From Leucoraja erinacea (taxonomy: Eukaryota), in assembly GCF_028641065.1 (NCBI RefSeq), contig NC_073397.1:20770001-20834000 (forward strand): DNA of 64,000 nucleotides, written 5' to 3'. Shown here one piece after another: positions 51,946-64,000 of this stretch. The notes below the pieces were generated by a model. It ran no database searches, was not told the origin of the DNA, and saw nothing but the letters and a program-made list of their open reading frames with translations. Made by a program: the position numbers and the translations under genes. Positions within the stretch are counted from its first letter, which is position 1, and each line of letters opens with the position of its first letter.

Positions 51946-53929
51946 AGCCCCACTTCCCCTTTCCAGCTTTCTCCCCCTTACTTCATCAGTCTGAAGAACA
52001 GTCGTGGCCTGAAACGATGTCTGTCCCTTTCCCTCTACGGATGCTGCCTGAGCGCTGAGTTCCTCCAACACTTTGTGTTTTGCTCAAGATTCCAGAATCT
52101 GCAGTTTCCTGTGTCTCCCTTTTATTCCTGAACCCGTGTGGAAGCTGGATCTATGGGTGAATAGCTACATTCATTATTCAGGTCTGTCTGGTTCAAAATC
52201 TCACTGGTGATGAGTTCAGGGTGTTAGGTTGGTGTTACTTGGGTGAGTGTGATCTGGAAATGCATTGCTTGATGACACGAAAATAATGCCAGAAGATATA
52301 GGTGACTTGCGCTGAAACACCCAGACATGTGACCAAAGTTGCATCACTCTGCAATAAGCTTACTTTAATCAGAATAATACCTTTAATGGCTTAACAGACA
52401 AAATCCTGGGCATGTGTCCTTAGTGGTCTGAGTGCTGCAGTACATAGAAGAAAGGCGGCGTGTACATTGGGGTGATCGGATGCCTTATACTGTACACTGC
52501 TGCTGCTCTGGAGGGTGGGCTGACCAAGAGCTGTAGCAGGAGTCCATCGCAGTAATTTACACCACAAAGAATACAACTAACCAAGAAGCAGGGTCACCTC
52601 ACACACATTTTTTACAAGTAAATCACACAAAGTTCATTTCACCTTTTATAGATCATTCCTGTGATTATTTTTGTGTGAAATCAGACCCATCAGAAGATCT
52701 GGCAGTATTAAGTGAGTCTGATGGTTTGCATTCAATGACCTATTAGCCATGTTGCACCAGTTTCCCAGTTTCATAAATTGCACCTTTAATGTTCTTGTTT
52801 TGACCTCCAGTTTCGACAAAGCTGGAGGTAGACTGGGCTACTGTACTGTATTTATTGTTATTTAAAGGGATGCAACTGAGCAGACAACAGCCATCAAAAT
52901 ACTGGCCAAGTTCTATAGACTGGTTAACACTCGGTGGGAGTGCTTTCTCAGACCCTCATTCACCCATAAGGTGACACCATTGCCACACCATTAATGCAGG
53001 CTGTGAACTGAGCATGGCTTATTGCCCAGGGAGGGTCTGGGACCTGTGGGCGGAGATCACAGAGAAGACCATCTGTGGGATACAAAGCACAGAGACTCTT
53101 CAGAGACTTCATGTCACACCACAGTGTGCAATGTGTTTGCATGCTCAGGCTTACCAAGGTGGTAATCATTGAGATGGATGATAATCTGGAGGACAACCTT
53201 TAGTTACTTTCTCAAGGCTGGACTACTGTTTCTGTGAGGGTTATGGCTCATAGTTTCCTCGCTGAACCATCTACAGCAAACCTCTAACCTATCCCCTGTT
53301 CGCTGCTCACTACCAGTCACACAGGCACCATATGCAAAGGGAATAAAGTCATTTTCTGGGATCTGGGCATTAGACCCACACTTATAGACCATCTCAAATT
53401 GAGGAGATGGTGATGAACCATTTCTTCAGTCACTGCAGTGCTTCTGGTGAAGGCACTTGCACAGTGCCTTTGGGGGATGGGTTCCAGGATTAAACCCAGG
53501 GATGATAAACGACCCACAATGTAGTTCCAAGTTGGGATGTTGTGATGTAATTTCATTCACTCTGGTGCAAGTGAGGTGCAGGTGGGAGTACTTGCACTGG
53601 GAATTTGATTGAGAGGAGCGACTGCTGGAGAAAGAGCAGCAAGCGTGTTGCCCCGTGGTAGTGGGCTTTGCTGTACTTAGTGGAATATTCTCTCCCAGAT
53701 GAATCTAGCAGGCTTCGCCCTCGGGTGGGATTGAGTTATTTGCTGTCTTGTTTCACTCCAGCAACTTCCCATCAATTAATATCTCAGTCCCACACAAGCT
53801 GCATCTCTCAGCATCTGGACCAATGCAAAGGCCTCTCATGGTCAATGGTCTCTTTAGCTTGTGATTTCCTGATTTATTTGATGGTACAGAGAGACTTACT
53901 GTGAGACTCAGACACCAGTGGACAGGGAG

Positions 53930-56900
53930 TCAGGAAAGTGCGACCATATGTCTCCCCCTGCTGGCGGCCATCTGGGAAATACTTCTGACCTTCCTTCCAG
54001 AATGGAAAGAGTTAACTGTTTGTGCACCAGCTTCAAAATTGTGCTGTTGTTTCATCACGGAAAACCTCTGTATGTGTTCCTTCAGAGACTGCACCATCTC
54101 CTCCTCCATGTCTACATCTGGTTGGGAGATTTCCTCATTTGGACGCCTCATTCTTTTTAATACCTGAGAAGAGAATTAAAGTGAAAAGTGAATGATTGTC
54201 CCCGAAGTCAGTAAGTACTTGCATTTACATGTTTAGTTTAGTCTAGAGATACAGCATGGAAACAGGCCCTTTGCCCACCAAGTCCACTCCGATCATTGAT
54301 CTTCCGTTTGCGCTAGTTATTCCACTATAAACTGAGGGCAATTTACAGAGACCAATTAACCTACAAAACTGCACATCACTCAAAGGAAACCCACGTGGTC
54401 AGAGGGCGAACGTGCAAACTCCATACAGACAGCACCCAAGGTCAGGATCAAACCTGGGCCTCTAACGATGTGAGGCAGCAGTTTCACCGCTGCCCACATC
54501 TTTCCTGATCTCAGAATAAATGCCACAACACTCGGCCTCTGGCTCACAGATATGAGTGGGGCAGTCTAGGGCACTGAAGGTTTCCCACTGGCCATTTCTC
54601 CAGCTGGGTGCTCACACAAGCTAAGGATCTATGCTCACCTTGTACACTGTGTGGATCTAGGGGCAATACTTCCAGCACAGTATCAATCTCCCACAATTGA
54701 TCCACGGGATCCATCCTCCATCCCCACTACCTCTCCCGCATTTTGTGACCAGCTGTCCCAAACTCCTGCTGCTTTTCGACAAACCCCCGACTTAAAATCT
54801 CACTGTCTCACCAGGTAGTTTACTTCATCCCAGCCTTAATGTTCCCATGTAGGGCCAGATATCCCACAGCCTCTCATAGTTTGTAATGTCATTCTGGTTT
54901 GATCTCACTGTATTACCATTTTTTACCTTTGTGGGATTCTCCCACAGTGTGTGTCTGTGTCTATCCTTTGTCTGGGGTGACCCTGTGTGTGTAACAACGG
55001 CCTGTATCGGCCTGTATCCTATGCCTGGAGTGTGTGTAACAATTTTCTGTTTCCTCTGTCTGTGTCGACCCTCTGTGTGTAACAACAGTCTGTTTCCAGT
55101 GTCTCAGGTGGTTTCTGAGCTGTTCTCACAACTGGTATGGACCAGTTTTTACCTCCTGTGCTTAACCCATATTGGATGTATCCCATTCTCTGCCCCCTGC
55201 AGTGTGTGTTGTGGTGGGTACTTTGTCACATGTCTGGGTTATTTCTGGGCTTTACTACTGTTCTCTACAGCTGGACACAAATATTGGTTCAAAAACTTGG
55301 TGCTAAATATTTGTAATTCTGTTTTTTACAAATTAAAGACCATTCACATTAAATCCTAACTCCTGCCCCTCGGCCTGCCACCCCTCCCCCAACCCCTCGC
55401 CAATACAGAAGGTGCCAAAAGCAATCTGCGAAAATTCTCACCCGCACAATGCAGTAGGAGACCACGCCTTTGACGATGTTGAAAGCGACCAGAATGGTCA
55501 GCCAGGCAGCAGGTGGGACCAGGGAGCTGACACAGAGGCAGAATGCTGGTGGGGTGTTCAGTGAGGCGTTGAGGGATGTCCCGGGAAAAGTCACTGCAGG
55601 GCTTGTGTCTGCACCTGGGAATAGACAGGCTGAGCAAACAGAAAGAACACCGTCACAACACAGTTTGAGAGGACAGTTTTGCCCACTATTATCCAAAAAA
55701 AAACTTTTGATATTTGGTTTGAATATAGTCAATGACCGAATTTCCACAAACCTTGTGGGCAGAGAATTCCAAAGATTCACTTCCTATTGACTGAATAAAT
55801 TTCTCCTCATCTTTGTCCTGAATGGTTACTCCTTATGAGTCTCAAATGTTCATTTTGTTTCTCTGCCCAGTGAAGTTCCCTGACCAGCTAAGTGTAGCCA
55901 GCATTTTCTATTTTATCCTCTAATTTGGGACTATCACCCCTCAGTTTGAGACACTCCAGCAGGGGAAATATTAACTCCATGTGTACTCTGTCAGGCCCAT
56001 TATAATTGTGTACATTTCAATGAGATCACTTTTCATTCTTCTAAAGTCAAGACTGTATAAAGCTAGACTGCTTAATCTCTTCTCCTATGACAAACCCACC
56101 ATCTCAGGAATCAATCTGGTGAACCTTTGCTTCACTCCCTCCATATCCTTTCCCAGGTAGGGAGCTAGACCTGTACACACTACAGGTTGATGTGTTTGAA
56201 GAGTTATGGCCCCACAGCAGCGTTCTACTGCTATAAAATAATGTAGTTAAAAAATTATAGTCCAGAGAAGATGCCGTTGAAATATCTAGGCAAACGTTTG
56301 AAGGTTAAGAAAAGGGAATTAATAAATGGCAAAAGAGAGTACATGCAAGTCCGTTTCAGATTCAGGGTAAAAACGCTGACGGTCAGGCTGAGAATAAAAT
56401 ATGCAGGTGAATCACAAAAATGTGTAGGAGGAATAGAGTTAGGGTGGCACAGTGGCGTAGGGGTAGATTTGATGCCTTACAGTGCAAGAGACCCGGGTTC
56501 GATTCTGACCACGGGTGTTGTCTGTCTGTAGTTTGTACGTTCTCCCTGATATCGAGTGTGCTTTCTCCGGGTGCTCCGGTTTCCTCCCATACTCCAAAGA
56601 TGTACAGGTTGGTAGATTAATTGGCTTCTGTAAAATTGCAAAATTTGTCCCTGGTGTGTAGGATAGTAGTCTCGGGTGATCGCTGATCGGCACGGACGGT
56701 AGTAGCGGGTTTCAACTTCCCCCGCTCCTCACATTAACTGTGATTGCCCTATTGCTAAAAGATTAGATGTGCTGGAATTTTTAAATTACACACTTTGGAG
56801 GTAGACAGTCCTACCCGGGATGGGCAGTGCTAGACCTAATCCTCGGGAGTGAAAAGTGGATGAAGTGCCAGTGGGTGAAGACTTTGGGGGTTGTGATCAC

Positions 56901-59900
56901 AATCTGGTAGGTTTCAAGGTAGTTATAGAAAGCAGCGAGGAGTAGGTATGGAGGAATAAGGCCAGTCCATAAATTAAATGTCTGTATTGGGGGAGAGGTG
57001 ATTAATAAAGGTGACAGGACCTAGGAGCAGCAACATGTAGGTAAATCTACATCCAATTAACTGAGCCTTTTAAAATGGAGGTTCTGAGAGTTCAATGTTA
57101 ATGTGTTCCCATTATGGTGAAGGGTACAGATGGCAAGTCTAAGGAACCTTGGACACCAACACACATTGACAGTTTGATAAAGAAAGTATAAGGTTGGTGT
57201 AGAACACTGAAAATGGGGAATCTCTTCAGAAATATAGATAGTGTAGGGATGTGCTTACAAAAGAAATTAAGAGGGCAAAGAGTGGCATCAGATAAGATTA
57301 CAGGAAAACCCAAAACATTTAATGTATATTAAGAACCGGAGGGTAACCACAGAACGAGAGAGGTCGATTAGGGATAAAAGGGGTGATCTATTCATGAGGA
57401 TGTTAGCAATGTCTGAAATCAATATTTTTCATCTTTCATCAAGGAAAAAGTTGTAACAGTAAAATTAAAGAGCACGTTAAAATTAAAAGGGAGGAGGTAT
57501 TAGCTGTTTAGAGGGCATAACGCTGGATATATTCTCAGTGTCTGATGAGGTGCTTTTCAAGCTGCGGTGGGAGATAAGGGGAAAAATTGCTGAGCCGTAA
57601 CAAATCCCTGCAGAAGGAGGAAAAGTGTGGGGATGGGAAGATGTGACTGTGGTGGGATCATGTTGATGGTGGCAGAAGTGTGAAAATGGCGTGTTGGATG
57701 TGGGGACTGGTGGAGTTGGAGAACGAGGGGAACTCTATCTATCCTTGTTCCATCTGCGGTTGAGGGAGCAAGAGCAGAACTACAGGACATAGAGGAGACA
57801 GAGAGTTTACGTATAATTCAGTAAAGCTCTTATTAAGTGAATGTTTGACCATTTCGCTTATAAAAAATTCTAACATTTTCCCTATTATATCTGTAGTTCC
57901 CTGTTTTCTCTCTCCCTCCTTCCTTAAATAGTTGGGTTATATTTACCACTGAAGAAATGTAAAAGCGGTAGGCATTTGTCCATGCAGACTCACTCCACCA
58001 TTCAACATGAACGTGGCTGCCTTTCAACTTCATGAACATTTTCCCTCCTCCTCCTCCTCCTCATATCTCTTGATCTCGTTGAATATATTGACTTGGCTGG
58101 CACTGCATTCCATGGTAGAGAATTCCACAGGTTCATCACCTTCAGGGTGAAGAATTTCCCATTCAGTTGTAAATGCCAAAGCCACATTGAGATGCTGTGA
58201 CATCATGGTTCTGTACTTTCCAGTTATTGGGAACATTCTCCCTGTATCTGGACTTAGTTCTATTACATTATAACATTACATTACAACATTATAAGTCCAT
58301 ACTCTGGTGACCATAGGCTTAATTGACAATCTGTCCTCAAATTAGTTCTGTAATCCCAAGAATCAATCTAGTATATCTTTGGGTACAAGGAACTGCAGAT
58401 GCTAGTTTACAAAAAAGACACAAAATGCTGGAGTAACTCAGCAAGTCAGGCAGCATCTCTGCAGAACAAGGATAGGTGACGTATCTGGGGAAATAAATCT
58501 TTGCTAAACTCCCTCCATGACAAGAAGACCTTTCCTCACAAAAGGAGACCGACACTTCTCACAAAACGTAAGATGGTCATACTAATGCCAAGTACAACTG
58601 AGCAAGCCAACATTTCTTCTACATTCAAACCCTTTTGTAGCAAAGGCCAAAATACCATCTGCCTTTCTACTTAGCTGCACCTGAACGCTTGCTTTCAGTG
58701 ACTGGTGGGACATCCTAGTTTTGTTACACCTTCCTTTTTCCATTTATCATTCAGATAATAACCTGGCTTTCGGCTTTTAGAACCAATGTCAATAATCTTA
58801 CATTTATCTTCATTAAACTGCATCTGCCATTTTCCTTACTCGTCCAAATGACATTGGATCTTCTTTGCATCCCCTGTTTACTCTACCACCCCCATCCCAT
58901 AACACCTCAACCCCACCAGTTTTGAGTTACTTTCAAACTCGTTATATTTAGCTTCCTCATCAACATTGAAATATCCTGTGTATAGCTGGAGTCCAGGCAC
59001 AGATTCCTGTGTCTCCCCATTAATCACTGCCTGACACCTGGAAAAAAAAACCCATTTCCCTTCTGTCAGCCAATGCTCAATCCATGTCAGTATGTGTTTT
59101 ACTTTTACACATTAAACTCATATGTGAAGCATTATTAAAAACTTCTGAAATTCCAAATACATAACACCCACTGGTTCTCTCTTCCTCAAAAAATTCCAGT
59201 AGATTTGTTAGATTCAGTTTCATGTCTATGCTGACTTCGATCTACTACTATTTTTAATATGTAAAGCAGGATTGGGCCACTCTTCGCATTGGGTTTTCCG
59301 CCTTAAATGACTATATGTAAACAGTCTATTCATTCTTTTAAGTGTTATAGCCACTGCTTGTTTGCTGTCATAGTCTTTAATGCAGTTTCCTGATCAACCA
59401 TAACCGACTTATATCGAGTGTTTGTGATTCCTAGTTTCAGATTAAACACACTTATTTTCAACCTTCGTTGTCCCACCTGCGGCAGATATTATCCCACCAG
59501 GGACCTGGTGTGTAGAAGGGCAGTGACCTGCCTGAGACTCTCAGTGAATGAGGGACAGTGTTCCACCTGAGATCAGAATCAACAACAGACAGACTGAAAA
59601 AGAGTCTAAATCAAAAATACACCTATCCATGTTTTCCAGGGATGCTGCCTGACCTGCGAGTCACTCCAGCACCTAGTATTTTTTTATTTCTAGACCAGCT
59701 CTGCAGTTCCTTGTTTCTACAAGAGACAGACTGTGTCTCACCTGAAACCTGTAGTGATATTTGACCATTCTGGTTGGTGCCTCCCAGTGAAGCTATGATG
59801 GAGCATCTATATATTCCACTGTCTTCTTCTTTCACTTGATGAATGGTGAGTGAGTCTCGTTCTCCAATCATCACGTTCTGGTCCACGTCGCGGTAGAGCT

Positions 59901-62517
59901 TTGTTTTGCCGCCACCTTTCCAAATAATTCCCTTCAGCTCTTTCTGATTTACCACCTGTGAATAAAGCAAAGGTTTTTAATTAGTTTTCAGTTGAAGCTG
60001 TAGTTCCTGTGTGCTGCGCTTTGCAATGTAATGAGATTGTTTTTATTCACCTATGGAAATCGGTCTCGTGTCTCTGCTTCATTTCAAATAGAAAGGCAAA
60101 ATGATCCCTTTGTATCCTCTACAATCATCCTTGATGGATGTCACATTTTCTCACCAGTTTTATCAGACATGAGCGAGACAAGAAGCAGGATACTTCAATT
60201 TCCTGGCCCTTCCTTCCATCCTGTAGTTTTGTTCCATGTCCCAAACCCTTTTCATCTGTTTCCTTGTCTGAGCAATTAATTGCCCTCAGTCTGTTACTAA
60301 AACTGAAGCTCTAGCACTATCTCGAGAGGCTTCTGGAAGCCCCTATAAAAGAACAGCACAAAGAGCCTCTCCACCCCTACACCAGGAACATTTCAAACAT
60401 TCCCATCCGATTCAGCAGGCACAGTCTGGCCTTAAATCGGGCTGACGTAATGACAAATTACAAGGCATTCACTGAGACTGAACAACAGGGACCCTTGTCA
60501 CTATGTTTTTACTTGTTCAGGTTCATTGGTTTATAAATCTCTCATTTCATGTCTCAGTTTTCCAAAATAAAGAAATGACCTGCCCAAGTTTTCAATTGAA
60601 AAGAATAGTTCCCCTAATGTTTGGAAATTAAATCCAAAAGCTTAGCTGCAGCTTCCTGCTCCTCCCTCACAAGCTCAACATTAATCATGAATACAGTTCA
60701 TCAGACAAGCTCAAATACTCTTAGACCTGAACTAAACTCAGCTCATTCATAAATTACAAAGACCTCATCTATTTTTGTCCTTGTATCTGTTGTTTCAAAA
60801 AATGTTCCACAACCCACTTGTACCTTGTACCAGTTGACAAACTTGTAGGTCTGGCTTTTCACCCTGATGGCTGTGCAGGGTAATGTCACGGACTCCGCAC
60901 ACTGGGCAGTCACCATGGCCTGTGGTGGGGCAGTGGTCGGTGAGATCCAGAATAATACGATTACAATCCATTGCTGAGCCAATCCTGAGGACAGTGAGAG
61001 AACTATATTATTTTAAGTGGAGTTGGAGAATGATAACTTATTTTCTCATAAGTGGAGTTGGAGCGAATAAGCAGCGTAGGACAGATTGAGGATAAACAGA
61101 AAATAGTTGGTACAAAAGCTTGAAGAGGTATAGAAGCTTGAAACTGCACATCAGTAAACTCAGAAGCAGCTTCTTCCCCTCTATAATCAAGCTTCTGAAC
61201 TGACCTTCCATAAGCTTGAGCACTGTACAATTCACCTCTACCCTATTGCGGACATTGAACTTTGTCTATGGAACAGATGCACTGCAATGCTGAGAACTGT
61301 ATTCTTATTTTCCTTAGTTTAGTTTGGAGATGCAGTGCGTAAACAGGCCCTTCGGCCTACCGAGTCCACGCCGACCAGCGATACCCGCACATTAACATTA
61401 TCCTACACACACTAGGGACAATTTACACTTATACCAATCCAATTAACCTACATACATGTACGTCTTTGGAGTGTGGGAGGAAACCGAAGATCTCGGAGAA
61501 AACCCATGCGGTCACAGGAAGAACATACAGACAGCACCCGTCGTCGGGATCGAACCCGAGTCTCTGGCGCTGTAAGGCAGCAACTCTACCGCCGTGCCAC
61601 CACACTGCCCCTAATTGTACTATGGTACTTAATTCTATTTATGCATAGTATTTTCTGATCTGATTGAAACAGAGCTTTTCACTGTACCTCGGTATACGTC
61701 ACAGTAATAAACCTAAACCTATTGCCTGCTTGGGAGGGTGGGAGCAACTATGGAGAGGGATATGGTGGGCTCAGGATTGAGAGAGGTTTGGCATCAAAAG
61801 CACGAAGAATTTAAGTTCAGGAAGAATAACTAGAACAGAGTAAGCTTGTGATCAAAATGTATTAAAATGTCAGATCAGGACAGAGAAATGGTAATAAACT
61901 GGGACTATTAAAGTAAATTGTCAACCCAAGACAGTTTCAAAGAATATTATGAGAGCAGGAATGAGTGTGATTAATGTCAATTTCAAAGGAAGATGGAGAA
62001 TACAGTTAATTTAGGATATACAGTGTACAGAGATGTTATAGTGCTGCTTGGGAATATTCTGTTAACACCTGGATGATAATTTACAGTTCTTGCATTTATA
62101 GACCAAGCAGTGTATTGCAATGTTGCTCGTATTGCAGCAACCTAGTGCTTGAGAAGACACACCAGTTAATTGCGCTCCCCCTGGTTCTTTCAGGTGGTAC
62201 ATGACATGCAACGAAGCACCAGTTACAGTTCACGCAGCTGGGTGAGCTTCCAAATGGAAAAAGACAATCAAGTGATTCCTCAGAAGTGCGTCCAAACTCA
62301 CCAGCTGTCGCTGCACATATCTCACCAGGGCTACGCACTCAACAATTAAATTTCACACAACAGACTGTGGAATTCAAAGCCCTGTAGATAATCATAACTC
62401 TGGACTATATTATCTGTTTCATACCACATCCCAGAATATTAGCTGAATGTAACAGCCAAACATTAAACATAGCCAGCTGAACTGAAGTTGGCACTCACCG
62501 TGTAGCTCCCGTCTCAT
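53930..62517 (-). CDS. CD83-like single Ig-V type I membrane protein, 5 exons, 266 aa
   Basis: Exons 62517-62499, 60984-60824, 59955-59742, 55614-55442, 54163-53930; all GT-AG, phases 1/0/1/0, 801 nt open. Signal peptide; AQCAESVTLPCTA...VNWYK|...SLTIHQVKEEDSGIYRC...GGTNQNGQISLQVSG resembles CD83 (VACSEDVDLPCTA...SGTYRC...NLSGKVILRVTG), with the Ig domain split over two exons. TM AAWLTILVAFNIVKGVVSYCIV; minus-strand AATAAA at 53878-53873. Exons 4 and 5 are less certain than exons 2 and 3. Confidence 0.8.
56443..56700 (+). mobile_element. tRNA-derived V-type/HE1-like SINE
   Basis: GGTGGCACAGTGGCG head, B box GGGTTCGATTC, core GGTTTCCTCCCATACTCCAAAGA. Confidence 0.75.
57820..59240 (-). mobile_element. 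Degenerate CR1 fragments with an embedded Penelope-derived repeat
   Basis: FKEGGREKTGNYR and VMNLWNSLP remnants; repeat arm at ~58385-58490. Confidence 0.55.
61315..61610 (-). mobile_element. Full-length tRNA-derived V-type/HE1-like SINE
   Basis: Minus strand GGGGCAGTGTGGTGGCACGGCGGTAGAGTTGCTGCC...GGGTTCGATCCC (A/B boxes), central TTCCTCCCACACTCCAAAGAC, CR1-like tail and (AAACT)n end. Further copies near 17270, 26400, 45975 and 54235. Confidence 0.85.
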
Positions 62518-64000
62518 GCTCTCTCTTCCCTGCTTTAGCTTACAAGACTTCCTGTTGCAGTCTGCGATTAAACTGGTCAAAGATTGCAGCACTCACCACA
62601 TCTCAAAACCTGCACTCTGTTATTTTCTTAGAATGGGTGTTACCGGAAAGGTCAGCGCATTGTCCATTGGCGTTTGCTCACTACTGTAAGTGGCAGTCAG
62701 CATGAAACTGAGGGCACTCTAATGCATTCACCTCTCCATGTGAGCTGAGTGGATGTGAATAAGACAGAGAAGATGGTCCATGGAAGATACACCTAAGATG
62801 AGAGAGTCTAACAGCCTGGAAGGCAATCAATTCACGCAGTGTGACTACACTGGTTTATATCAGCTCTATATGTATACGGCCTCTCAATCAGTTTTGCTTC
62901 TCTATTCTTTGAGTTAATTGACATACATTTAAATATATGAGCATTTGGGAGGAAGTTGAGTGGTGTGGGGAGAATAAAATGGGTTATGGTAGGATTAGTG
63001 CAAAAATGGAGCTCAAATGGCAAGAACCCAGTGGGCTGAAGGGCCTCTTTCTATCCGTGTGTCTTCCCTGACTTAATGTACTTATTCCAAGTGCTGTTTA
63101 ACATGGCAGTGCACAAGGTGATTGGATAAAAGTTGGTGCTTTGTGGTAATCAGCAGGGAGTTTCTTTGTTCAAGATTGTTACCCATTTAATAAATTAATG
63201 TCTTTGTTGCCCTTTACATTATCACTTTCCCAGTCTACTTTAGATCACCACCATTGCTACTATGTGGTTCATGAAACTTTATGAAATTTGACTTTTGTCT
63301 CATCTTCTCATTGTATTTGCAAGAGCATAACAGATCATCAGTATCTTAACACAACCTAGCTGATTCAGGTAAGATAGAGTTAGTTCTAGTGAGGTGAACA
63401 GAGTGATGTTCAGAAGAGTAAGGATGGAAGAGCTGCTGGAAGTCAGATGTTGTGGGTGCATCTGACTCATTTGAAGACCATGTAATATCCTTCTGAGAAT
63501 GACAAGAAGACAATCATAACAGAAGCATAGCTTCCCCTCTGCCATGTTTGATTTTTTTAAAAATTTCAAATATACTTTATTTGATAAATAAATATATATA
63601 ATGCATGATCCATACAAAACTCCATCTGACATTCTCGGAGGCTATAGATACATTCAATGCAGTTTCCCCCAAATCACAATTTTACCCCACACCCTTGCCA
63701 CTCATGTGACCCTCTGCCATGTTTGATGGAGCATTCACACATATTTCATAGGTTCATAAGACATATGAGTGGAATTAAGCCATTTGACTCGGAGTCTGCT
63801 CCACCATTTGATCATGGCTGATCTATTTTCCCTCTCCTGCCTTCTCCCCATAACATTTAAATAGCCTTACTAAACAAGAACCTATCAATCTCCGCTTTAA
63901 AAATATCCAATGACACTCTCCACGGGTAACTGTGGCATTGAATTTCACACATTCACCAACTGGCTAAAGACCTGACCTGTGCCATATAAGATCTCAACAT

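Noticed and set aside
54886-55359. 157-aa Cys/Val-rich hydrophobic ORF
   Set aside because: Explained by TG-rich low-complexity intronic sequence antisense to the CD83-like gene; no recognisable family.
33140-64000. TNNC2, expected after UBE2C from mammalian gene order
   Set aside because: I found no EF-hand or troponin C exons; it may lie outside the window, so no claim of loss is made.

Overview
This is a eukaryotic (vertebrate) genomic window. The repeat content (CR1/HER1-like LINEs, HE1/V-type SINEs, Penelope-derived palindromic repeats) suggests a cartilaginous fish, probably a skate or ray; that assignment is an inference. I reconstructed four spliced protein genes by hand, all with consistent exon phases: DNTTIP1 (+, 13 exons, 307 aa), UBE2C (+, 6 exons, 176 aa, GC-AG first intron), a divergent two-exon RGS9BP/R9AP-family gene (-, 241 aa) ending in CC-TIA* (CaaX) instead of a transmembrane helix, and a CD83-like Ig-V receptor (-, 5 exons, 266 aa) with a lysine in its transmembrane segment. 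An intact tRNA-Thr(TGT) sits head-to-head with DNTTIP1. The rest is densely nested transposon DNA: CR1, Rex1, two RNase H-type I/Nimb-clade LINE copies, a decayed IR/DR Tc1, and a 1.7-kb TA-flanked non-autonomous DNA transposon carrying a tRNA-like segment and a 123-nt hairpin. There are also Penelope-derived repeats with hammerhead-ribozyme-like cores and a 32-bp TIR-only relic in an 8-bp target duplication that resembles a P-element excision footprint. All family assignments are from recognition of motifs and remembered sequences; no database searches were run.
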